Shown here: piece by piece, positions 15,983 to 24,442 of the stretch | How the letters are laid out: each line of letters opens with the position of its first letter | Position numbering within the stretch: position 1 is the stretch's first letter | Source of the DNA: Candidatus Bathyarchaeia archaeon | Lineage (GTDB): Archaea > Thermoproteota > Bathyarchaeia > 40CM-2-53-6 | NCBI GenBank assembly: GCA_049513715.1 | Contig: JBEKVV010000002.1 | Span: forward strand, 416,001 to 480,000 | Reading direction: 5' to 3' | DNA length: 64,000 nt | The notes under the pieces: generated by a model | What the model was told of the DNA's origin: nothing | Database searches by the model: none | Seen by the model: only the letters and a program-made list of their open reading frames with translations | Translations under genes and position numbers: made by a program

Positions 15983-17104
15983 ATGAACCACCGCACCCAC
16001 CCATCAGCAGCTACGGAGCAGCAGAGGATAAGTAACTTTCTCTACCCAGACGACGTGCTCAGCCCAGGCGCCCTACCAGAACGTTTCATCGAATTTTGCC
16101 GAACCTCAATCGAGGGCGTACGCGGAGACGTACTATACACAGAATCAGCAATCGCTCCAACCTTCAACGTGCCCGAATTCGACGACGAAGACGCCCGCTC
16201 CATCGAACTCAACCAACTCCACGAAGAACGCATAATCCCACTCAAGCCAACAAAGTCAAACCGCCCCGTCGCCGCCATCGACACCTCCACCATCAAACTC
16301 GGCGAACTCGCCGACGGCACACTCTGCGCACTTCGAGGTGCAGTCGTATTGCTCGAAAACGGACGCTACAGATACGTCCGATACGGTCCGCTCGTTTTCT
16401 CTCTCGGTAACAATAGCTTGGCAGATTTCAGCGGATTCGGAAACCTCACGCTGTCTCCATTTACTGGCGAGCCCAACGTTGACAGCCTCCTCAAACGGGT
16501 ACGAAACATCCTCGAACGCTGGCTTCAGTTCAGCGTCAGTTCATCAATCTCGAACGGATTCGTACTGATCGATGGCTCCCTAACGGCTGGCACGCCGGAC
16601 AACCCGTCAAAGGAACTGGAACGAATTCTTGAAACCGCCCGCCGAAACCGAAGCATAGTCGCCGCCATATCCAAGAAAACAAAATTACGCATCAACAACA
16701 AATCCATAACCGAACTCCTGGAGCATCGGATAGAACCTTGCCTGTTGAATGTGGACGCGGAGGTCACAGAGCAATTTCCACCCTACCCCGTGCGCTTTCT
16801 CGGCCGCGTCTTCGTAGGTAGGCTAGCAAAGTCCGGTTATCCATTCAGAATGGATGTCGACCGCGAAATACCACTCCAAGACACCGTAACTGGGCTTCAA
16901 CAATTAACTGGAACAGACATTGTTGACCAGGGCTACCCTGAAACGCTGCGCATGGCCCACATACTCTCCACTTTCACCGCCGGCGACGTGCTGGCTATGC
17001 AAGTTGTCGCAGCCGCACAATTCGGCGTTCAACTAATACCTAAACTCGCGCTTCGGCGGTCACTCTTCGGTCCCTTCGGAACAGCTTGGGAGGCTTGGCA
17101 TTGA
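15983..17104 (+). CDS. nurA: NurA-family 5'-3' nuclease
   Basis: VAAIDTS, VLIDGSL, AISKKT, GYPETLRMAH. Confidence 0.8.
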   Translation: MNHRTHPSAATEQQRISNFLYPDDVLSPGALPERFIEFCRTSIEGVRGDVLYTESAIAPTFNVPEFDDEDARSIELNQLHEERIIPLKPTKSNRPVAAIDTSTIKLGELADGTLCALRGAVVLLENGRYRYVRYGPLVFSLGNNSLADFSGFGNLTLSPFTGEPNVDSLLKRVRNILERWLQFSVSSSISNGFVLIDGSLTAGTPDNPSKELERILETARRNRSIVAAISKKTKLRINNKSITELLEHRIEPCLLNVDAEVTEQFPPYPVRFLGRVFVGRLAKSGYPFRMDVDREIPLQDTVTGLQQLTGTDIVDQGYPETLRMAHILSTFTAGDVLAMQVVAAAQFGVQLIPKLALRRSLFGPFGTAWEAWH

Positions 17105-18558
17105 AAATCCTCCGCAAAGAAGGCGACAGCATACACCTACTGAGCTTCCCCGACGAAGAGGTCGAGAAAGGGGACTACCTGTTAGTCACTGACCGAATCA
17201 AGGACCGCTCCCTAATCGTGCAAATCATCGACGTGCAATACGCCAACATACCGGGCATTCTAGAGGACATGTTACGCGACGGCATTTCAGAGGGGTCCTT
17301 TTCGGGGGACGATGTGGACCCGTTCAAAGTATCCTCCCAGATCACAGTTCTGAAGGACACCCGACTTCTGCTGGGAAAGATACGGGGCGCGTTAGAGCAA
17401 GGCCACCTTAGCCGAGACGTCGCATGGCTGCCGTCCCGGAACCATTCGCAGGTGCAAGTCATGCCCCCAAAACTCCTAACAGACTCTCTGGCGGGCAGAC
17501 ACTCATTCGAACTTGGATCCACTCGCCGTTTCCCACACATCGTCTCTGACTTGGCCGCCCTAGATGGGAGATTGAACATAGTTACCGGAAGGAAAGGCAC
17601 CGGGAAATCCCATCTCACAAAACTCCTCGTTACGAGCCTCGTGAAAGAGGGGGCGCCCGTGATTGTCTTCGACGTAAATGGGGAATATGTGAACCTAGGG
17701 AGGACCTCGGATGGCCGCGAAATGCACCTTTCACCAAAAATCATTTCACTTATCCCCGGCATCAACCTGAGATTCAGTCTCAGCCAAGTCGGCCTGGCCA
17801 CGCTCCTTGGAACTCTGATTTACGCCCTCTCCCTCCCGGAAAACTCAGCCCGGGTGTTCGCAAGGATCTGGCGCGACCTCGAAGAGCAGAACCAACTAAC
17901 TATGACAGGCCTCGGCGCAGCCATAGCCAATTCCGACTGCCACGACAGCATTAAGGACGCTCTGCAGGCCAGGTTCAACACGCTCGACGATTCAGGCATA
18001 TTCACTGACGACCATCGCACAGCCCTCAACTTAGAAGATGTATTCCGAAACCACTCATCCGGCTGCGCGTTAGTAGTCAACATGAAGAACCAGTACTCAG
18101 CTATGCGCCGAATCACAGTCGAACTCCTAATCAGCAAACTAACAGAACTACTCTCAACCCAAAAGTTACGTGCGCTCTTCCTGTTCGCTGAAGAGGCTCA
18201 CTTGTACCTTCGCGAAACCTACTGGGACGATGTTGTCACAAGAATGCGCCATCTGGGCATGTTCACAACCTTCGTAACCAATCAGCCAGACACAATCCAA
18301 AGCAGCATCTATCGGCAAGCCGACAATGTCTTTCTCTTTAATTTCAGTAATGACCATGACCTTGACATCGTTTCAAAGGTTGCAAAGGTCGACGCCGACA
18401 CAATCAGAATGATCGTCCGAGACCTTCCTCCGCACAGATGTTTGGTAATAGGAGACGTTGTTGCAAACTTTCCGCTAGTCGTAAACATACGCCCACTTGA
18501 AGTGCAGACCCTAGGCGCTACGCGCTACTTCTTCGAAAACCAACTGGCCGCGGTTTAA
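17101..18558 (+). CDS. herA: HerA/FtsK-like ATPase (DUF87, HAS-barrel)
   Basis: Walker A TGRKGTGKS, VFDVNGEY, Walker B LFAEEAHLY, RMRHLG, VTNQP; TTG overlaps nurA stop. Confidence 0.85.
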   Translation: MKILRKEGDSIHLLSFPDEEVEKGDYLLVTDRIKDRSLIVQIIDVQYANIPGILEDMLRDGISEGSFSGDDVDPFKVSSQITVLKDTRLLLGKIRGALEQGHLSRDVAWLPSRNHSQVQVMPPKLLTDSLAGRHSFELGSTRRFPHIVSDLAALDGRLNIVTGRKGTGKSHLTKLLVTSLVKEGAPVIVFDVNGEYVNLGRTSDGREMHLSPKIISLIPGINLRFSLSQVGLATLLGTLIYALSLPENSARVFARIWRDLEEQNQLTMTGLGAAIANSDCHDSIKDALQARFNTLDDSGIFTDDHRTALNLEDVFRNHSSGCALVVNMKNQYSAMRRITVELLISKLTELLSTQKLRALFLFAEEAHLYLRETYWDDVVTRMRHLGMFTTFVTNQPDTIQSSIYRQADNVFLFNFSNDHDLDIVSKVAKVDADTIRMIVRDLPPHRCLVIGDVVANFPLVVNIRPLEVQTLGATRYFFENQLAAV

Positions 18559-18701
18559 CGCGCGGCAGTCAGCTCTGGCTCAGGAACAACATGCAGCTCA
18601 TGGCCATGGGTTGTTGTGTGGAAGAAACAGTAGGGTTGTCCACATTCGGAGCATGTCCACTGAGCGGGGCTGATGCACATGAATGAAGCACATCGACTCA
18701 T
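18555..18701 (-). CDS. 48-aa AN1/B-box-like zinc-finger protein
   Basis: C-x4-C...CSEC-x4-CFFH-x3-HGH. Confidence 0.55.
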   Translation of the reverse strand: MSRCASFMCISPAQWTCSECGQPYCFFHTTTHGHELHVVPEPELTAAR

Positions 18702-18924
18702 ATTCACACCACAAGATTTTCCCGGAGCATGCCGAAATCCGATATAAGACTTGCCGGAATGGTCGCAGAACAACGCAACCAGGGGTTCGCCAACGAAAAT
18801 TATAATAATTCTTCTAAGAAGCGATAAATCTGCTTCCAACTGACATTCAAAAGTAGCAAAGTAACAAAGTAACAATACACATATCTAGTCTCATTGTACA
18901 AAACTGTTCGTTGGGGCGACTACG

Positions 18925-19281
18925 TTGAAAGAAATAGCGCCCGAACGAATTTTCAACCTTCACCCAAAGATCAGGTGGGCAGGTTTGGCGAGTGATGGCG
19001 GAGATCTCTTGTTCTCCAAGATGAGGTCAAACGTTGAAAGCATCTCACCACAAGCCACGGACGAGTCGTTTATGCAATTGGGGCCAATGCTGTTATCGGG
19101 GATATGTGAACGCCTTGCTTCATGTGCCGGTCCCCTTGACAATGTTGTGAGCACGTACGAAAAAGTAGCGTTGATTGTAAAGAGGCTCGGGAACCGATAC
19201 CTTGCGATCACTATCAACAGGTCTGACGAGTCAGTCCTACCCGAAATAATCGAGAAGTTGCAGGAATTATCCGCGGAATAG
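18925..19281 (+). CDS. Roadblock/profilin-like small protein (DUF6659-like)
   Basis: IRWAGLASDGG.LLFSKMR ... LASCAGPLDNVVSTYEKV. Confidence 0.6.
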   Translation: MKEIAPERIFNLHPKIRWAGLASDGGDLLFSKMRSNVESISPQATDESFMQLGPMLLSGICERLASCAGPLDNVVSTYEKVALIVKRLGNRYLAITINRSDESVLPEIIEKLQELSAE

Positions 19282-19387
19282 CCAAAACCATTACTCTGAT
19301 GCGTCTCGAAAAGTATGGCTTTCCGAATGTGAAAAGACTATATACGATGCCACGAATCATTTCACACAGCATTGGAGGTGTTGAGTC

Positions 19388-19555
19388 TTACCAACTCACG
19401 GATCGTTGACAAAGGCCGGGAAAGTCCGCTCGCAGACTCCCAAAGTCCAAGCACGTGAACGCCACTCCCCCATCCCGAAGATAAGGGTTAGGCGGAACGC
19501 GGAGAAGCGCATTGACTTGGGACGCAAGCCAGGCCAGAACTACATGCGAACCTAA
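19388..19555 (+). CDS. rps30e: 30S ribosomal protein S30e (apparent TTA start), not in ORF track
   Basis: PTHGSLTKAGKVRSQTPKV; GGAGGTG RBS at 19374-19380. Confidence 0.93.
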   Translation, partial: LPTHGSLTKAGKVRSQTPKVQARERHSPIPKIRVRRNAEKRIDLGRKPGQNYMRT

Positions 19556-19582
19556 ACTCTCGCAACCTTTCCCACCCTTCTT

Positions 19583-20248
19583 CTAGACTGCATCTAAGAA
19601 GGGACGTATTTTCCTGTAAACTTCTAGCAGGCTATCGGTTCGGGCCATTAGGTCCGCACTATCCGAAACTGTCCGGTTCTTCGGGTTCAGGGCCATTGAG
19701 AGGCCTACTGCCTTAAACACGGGTATGTCGTTATTCCAATCTCCAACATGAATACACTTAGAAAGCGAGATCCCTCTCTCCCTACAGAATTTTCTAAGCG
19801 GCGAAGACTTATCGTCAGCAATCTTAGCTCTTCCAGTGAACGTTCCTCGACGCAGAACGCCCGTAGAGCCCAATGTCGTATCAAAACCAAACTGTAAGAA
19901 AAATCGGGAAAGAAAAGTCAGGTTATCGCTAAGGACGATGACCCTTAAGCCGTGCGCTTTGAAGCTTTCAACCGTTCTGCGAATCCACTTGATCCTCGGA
20001 ACAGCACTCACCAAGCGCAGTAGCTCGTTGACCTTGTGTCCGCCAAACAGCGCAAACTGTTTCTTCAAGCACTCCGCCTTGCTGATTCGGCCCCTATTGA
20101 GCAACTCGTCGTAGTACTCTAATTCTCTCTCAATGTCCAACTTGCGGGCTAGAACTCGTAATGTCGGCTCCCTTACGAGGGTGCCATCCAGGTCGAAGGA
20201 GATTAACCGGAACTGTTGATGCGTAGGACTAGGCCTCGGAGGGTATAT
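19583..20248 (-). CDS. HAD-IB phosphoserine phosphatase-like hydrolase (start non-canonical/uncertain)
   Basis: ISFDLDGTL upstream of the ORF-track start; LSDN; HVGDWNND. Confidence 0.8.
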   Translation of the reverse strand: MYPPRPSPTHQQFRLISFDLDGTLVREPTLRVLARKLDIERELEYYDELLNRGRISKAECLKKQFALFGGHKVNELLRLVSAVPRIKWIRRTVESFKAHGLRVIVLSDNLTFLSRFFLQFGFDTTLGSTGVLRRGTFTGRAKIADDKSSPLRKFCRERGISLSKCIHVGDWNNDIPVFKAVGLSMALNPKNRTVSDSADLMARTDSLLEVYRKIRPFLDAV

Positions 20249-20611
20249 GGAGCTACGTACTCGGAACGTCTAGCAGATTAGTTTTCCTAGACCAAGAAGC
20301 TGAAAAGCTTCTTGAAACGTGAAATCTTTTTCCTGTACGACCCGAGAGACATGATGTCCTCGGTATCATCTAGACTACACAAGTACCCTCACTTCAAGCT
20401 CCAAAAGAGCCGTCAGTGGATTAAAGGGGTTATGTAACCCTTCGACCGGTCGAGAACGGTAACACATAACCCACTATGATTAGTGTCAAGACTTTTCGCG
20501 ACTCAAAATCGAAAATGCTTGACGGTTCGAGGAATAGACTACTTGGGCCACCGCCACTGCGTTCTCATCCAGCTTCATAAGTTGGGTTTTGAATAAGTCG
20601 AGGAGATTGTA

Positions 20612-21571
20612 GTGAAAGCGATTCAAGTTCGAGCGTTTGGCGGTCCTGAAGTAATGCAGTTAGAGGACGTACCCGACCTTCATCCCGGTCCCAAGCAGGT
20701 TCTGGTTGGAGTGAAGGCCGCAGGCGTCAACCCCACCGATACCTACACGCGGTCGGGCATGACAAGAAAGCCTCCGTTACCCTACACACCAGGTATAGAT
20801 GCAGCAGGCGTCGTAGAATCCGTCGGCGAAGGTGTCACTACCACAAAAGTTGGCGCACGAGTCTACCTCTCCGGCACGATCAGCGGGACGTATGCGGAAC
20901 AGACGCTCTGCGAAGAATACCAAGTACACCCATTACCTGAGAACATGTCGTTCGCGCAAGGTGCGGCAGTCAATATTCCCTATGCTACGGCTTACAGGGC
21001 GCTCTTCCAACTCGCCAAAGCCACACCCGGGGAGACCGTTCTCATTCACGGAGCGACAGGCGGCGTCGGGATCGCCGCAACACAGCTGGCACGCGCTGCC
21101 GGAATGAAAATCATCGGAACAGGGGGCACCGAAAGAGGCAGAATCCTCGTGACCGAGCAGGGCGCTCATCACGTGTTGGACCACCGAGCACCAGACTATC
21201 TCGATGAAATTCAATCATTGACCAAGGGTCACGGCGTTGACGTAGTTCTTGAGATGCTCGCCAACATAAACCTCGACAAGGATTTGAAACTCTTAGCAAT
21301 TGGCGGAAGGGTAGTCGTAATCGGCAGCCGGGGGAGAATAGAGATTGACCCGAGGGATACTATGATGCGCGATGCTTCAGTTCTGGGCATGCTTCTCTTC
21401 AACGTCTCACCGCGAGAAGCAAACTGTATTCACGCCGCTCTCGTTGCAGGCTTAGAAAATGGCACGTTGCGCCCCGTTATTGGGAAGGAGATGTCGCTTG
21501 CAGAGGCGCCGCGTGCACACCGCGAGATAATGGAGCCCGGCGCCTACGGCAAAATAGTTCTGATCCCGTGA
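20612..21571 (+). CDS. NADPH:quinone reductase (zeta-crystallin-like MDR)
   Basis: AAGVNPTD, PYTPGIDAAG, VLIHGATGGVG, GKIVLIP. Confidence 0.9.
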   Translation: MKAIQVRAFGGPEVMQLEDVPDLHPGPKQVLVGVKAAGVNPTDTYTRSGMTRKPPLPYTPGIDAAGVVESVGEGVTTTKVGARVYLSGTISGTYAEQTLCEEYQVHPLPENMSFAQGAAVNIPYATAYRALFQLAKATPGETVLIHGATGGVGIAATQLARAAGMKIIGTGGTERGRILVTEQGAHHVLDHRAPDYLDEIQSLTKGHGVDVVLEMLANINLDKDLKLLAIGGRVVVIGSRGRIEIDPRDTMMRDASVLGMLLFNVSPREANCIHAALVAGLENGTLRPVIGKEMSLAEAPRAHREIMEPGAYGKIVLIP

Positions 21572-21644
21572 AGTTTCCTTCTGCGACCCAGATAACAACG
21601 TGGTTGAGTTCTATACGATCAAAGAGGAACGCAAATAGAGAATT

Positions 21645-21773
21645 TGGCGGGCCCGGAGGGATTCGAACCCTCGACCTCCGGCTTGCTGTCAAGATTGTTG
21701 CGTCTGTCCGCAGGCTTACGCGAGAATGCTCCTGGTTCTCTCAGCGTCCTAATCCGGACTAGACTACGGGCCC
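21645..21773 (-). tRNA. tRNA-Arg(GCG) with two introns: 26 nt at 29/30 (21716-21741) and 24 nt at 37/38 (21684-21707)
   Basis: GGGCCCG acceptor stem, GAGGG-TTCGAAT-CCCTC T arm, CTGGC-CT-GCG-GA-GCCGG after splicing; BHB helices ACGC/GCGT and GAGAA/TTCTC. Confidence 0.9.
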
Positions 21774-21825
21774 TGTGCTGCTGATTACGGGGTGAGGTTA
21801 AAGAATTGTTCTGGTACTAGCGAGA

Positions 21826-23439
21826 TCAGGTTGAGGGGACTTTTGCGACGGCTCGCTCCAATGCGCTAGCAACGTTCGCGCTTCCCATCGCCTTAATGTA
21901 AGGACCAAGGCGGGGGCCTCTCGGTGCTCCCAACAATATTGTGTAGAGCAAGCGGAAAAACTCAGGCGGGTCTATGGAGTATTTGCTGGCCAAATTGAAG
22001 ATGGCGTTCTGGATAACTCTCTCATCAGTTTCCGACTTCACAACCGCGATAAGGTCTTCAATAGCGAGTCTCTGCGGGTTTGTGATTTCAATTTTGGTTT
22101 CGGCTATCTCTCGGAAATCCTTCGCCCAATTCACGGCGTAGTTTACTTCTTCGTCTATCTCGGCCGGTTTGTTATCTTTGAAGTATCCGTATTCCTTGAG
22201 TTTGGTTTCGATGTACTCCTTTCGCTTGTCTGGTGGTGCGACGGTAACCAGGTACACGAGCAAGTTGTATGGAACGTGCTTTTGCGGGGAGGGGGGTGGT
22301 TTCAAGAGCCATGAGTATTCATAGAGCCCTCTCAGTTTCGATGATTCCTTCTCATCCGGAATTTTCTTGAGTCCGAAATAAATTTCCTCTAACTGGTTTA
22401 GTTCGTTCACGTAAACCGGTATGTCCTCGACGCCGATGTTTCGGGCGCCGGTAATTCGTTTGAACATCAGCAGGTTTAGCGAGGTTGGTGGGGCATACTT
22501 GAACCATTGCTGAGGTGTCAGAATATCCGCGGATCGGGATTTGGAGATCTTCTTCCCGCCTTTGCCCAAGAACAGTTCGTACCGCACATGGAAGGGAGCA
22601 GGGTATTCGAGAATTTCTTGGCAAATTCGGTCATTGACGCGAACCGAATCGGTAAGCTCCTTTCCGAAGGCTTCGAAGTTGATCTTCAACGCTTCCCATC
22701 GGGCAGCGAACTCACCTTTCCAAGGTAGCTTGCCGTGGCCGTCTTTGATGTCTGTTTCACCTTTGTATCCGCAGCCCTGAATTGTGGATCCCCTAATCTC
22801 CGCGTCTCCTTCGCAATCGTACATCACCCTGTCAGTCTTAGCGTTGAATTTTCTGGCTCGGGTCGTGTAGATCCTGCCGCAGGAACCGCATACTGGAAAG
22901 TATGGGAGAACGGCCGTGTACTTCTCTTGGCCCACCTCTTCTTTGACGATTCTGCCGACGAGATCAGCAGCGGCGAGGATCTTGCGGATCTGCTCTGTGA
23001 ACAATCCCTTCATGTAATCCTCAGCGCCTGAATGAAAGACGTATTCTACGCCGCACTTGTCCATGGCCTCTTTCAGGAGAGAGTTCATGTGTGAACTGTA
23101 GTTTGGGTGACAGTTGTAGGGGTCCGGGATCGCAGAAACCGGATGGCCCAAGTATTTCTTCAGAGACTCCGGCATGCCCGCGGGGACTTTCCTCAAACCG
23201 TCCATGTCGTCGGAGAAGGCGATGAATTCGGATTTCCTTCCCTGGGTCTCCAGGGCCAGTTTAACCCCGTATGCTCTAATGACGTCACCTAAGCTTCCAA
23301 CGTGTGGAATCCCTGAAGCTCCTAGGCCGCTTTCGGTTCGTAGAACGTCAGCCTTTCGTCCCAGCTCCTGTTCTCGTTGGAGAGCTCGATGAGCGACCAT
23401 ATCCAGCCAAGTACCGCGGCCTATGATCTCCGCTTTCAT
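21826..23439 (-). CDS. lysS: Lysine--tRNA ligase, class I
   Basis: SGLGASGIPHVGS, SDDMDGLRKVP, KISKS, GPRLG. Confidence 0.95.
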   Translation of the reverse strand: MKAEIIGRGTWLDMVAHRALQREQELGRKADVLRTESGLGASGIPHVGSLGDVIRAYGVKLALETQGRKSEFIAFSDDMDGLRKVPAGMPESLKKYLGHPVSAIPDPYNCHPNYSSHMNSLLKEAMDKCGVEYVFHSGAEDYMKGLFTEQIRKILAAADLVGRIVKEEVGQEKYTAVLPYFPVCGSCGRIYTTRARKFNAKTDRVMYDCEGDAEIRGSTIQGCGYKGETDIKDGHGKLPWKGEFAARWEALKINFEAFGKELTDSVRVNDRICQEILEYPAPFHVRYELFLGKGGKKISKSRSADILTPQQWFKYAPPTSLNLLMFKRITGARNIGVEDIPVYVNELNQLEEIYFGLKKIPDEKESSKLRGLYEYSWLLKPPPSPQKHVPYNLLVYLVTVAPPDKRKEYIETKLKEYGYFKDNKPAEIDEEVNYAVNWAKDFREIAETKIEITNPQRLAIEDLIAVVKSETDERVIQNAIFNLASKYSIDPPEFFRLLYTILLGAPRGPRLGPYIKAMGSANVASALERAVAKVPST

Positions 23440-23565
23440 GTTGCCCCCCAACTCCACGCTGACTTCCCTATTGGTGTTAGTAAAGGTTGCAACGGATATT
23501 CTTTATAGCCACAACATGTTACCCTAGCGAAACCTCCACAACGAAGACGCAGGGAAGTCTTTAGA

Positions 23566-24126
23566 ATGCCAATGAACCCAACGCTGAAGAAGCTTGCAGC
23601 CATAGTAGGAGTTACCGCGGTTTTGTTTCTACTCGACTGGTTCTACGTTATCTACGTAACCGCACACGGCTTCGAAGTCAAAGTACAGGAATTCGCATTG
23701 GGTGGGTTCAAGTTATCTATCCCCCTTCAATGGCTCACGGTCATCGGCATAGTTCTCGTCTCGTTGGTGGGCTGGTACGAAGTTTCATACAGATTATTCC
23801 CTAGGCGCGGTGTGCTCGAACTCGACCCGTTAGCCAATTTGCGGTTGCTGCGTGTGGTCATATTCTCGGTGGCGCTTTTCGTTTTCATCCTTTACATCCC
23901 TAGCCTAATTGGGTCGAATTGGTTCTGGGCTAGGTTAAGTGACGCAGGGAGGAGCATATCCCAGGTGAAGGGTTTCGGTCTATCATTGCTCAGCACCGAC
24001 GAATCCGCTATGGGCCTCAATCCATTGTTGCAATATTCAGTCACCCAAGTGTTTGCGGGTGCGGCGTTAGTATTTTCAACTTGGGCTTTCGCGCGCCGTC
24101 AGAAACGACCGCGAAAGTTAAGATGA
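23566..24126 (+). CDS. Hypothetical 4-TM membrane protein
   Basis: Hydrophobic segments, basic C-terminus, TATA TTTATA upstream. Confidence 0.7.
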   Translation: MPMNPTLKKLAAIVGVTAVLFLLDWFYVIYVTAHGFEVKVQEFALGGFKLSIPLQWLTVIGIVLVSLVGWYEVSYRLFPRRGVLELDPLANLRLLRVVIFSVALFVFILYIPSLIGSNWFWARLSDAGRSISQVKGFGLSLLSTDESAMGLNPLLQYSVTQVFAGAALVFSTWAFARRQKRPRKLR

Positions 24127-24211
24127 GCCTGTCAAGACCGACGGATGCCTCAAACGTCTTAAAGAGGCTAAAGTCTGCCTTAGGGAAACACACAACTCGA
24201 CGGTTACTCGC

Positions 24212-24442
24212 ATGTCCAATCAGTGCCCACTTTGCGATAGGCCCAAGAAAAACGGTTCAGAGTACTGCGTTTTACATTTCGTGGCCTTGGTGAATCTGGA
24301 CAACGCCTACTTGGTTTGGAAGAAAGCATTCGGAGATATCCCAAGGGCCGAGTATTTCGCGAAGGTCGAGGCTCTCCCAGAAACAGGCTTGGCAGCGAAG
24401 AATCTCATCCATCACCTGCGCGAAAAGGGAGCAGTTGCGTAA
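24212..24442 (+). CDS. Small hypothetical zinc-binding protein abutting topA
   Basis: CPLC...YCVLH; stop directly adjacent to the topA start. Confidence 0.7.
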   Translation: MSNQCPLCDRPKKNGSEYCVLHFVALVNLDNAYLVWKKAFGDIPRAEYFAKVEALPETGLAAKNLIHHLREKGAVA

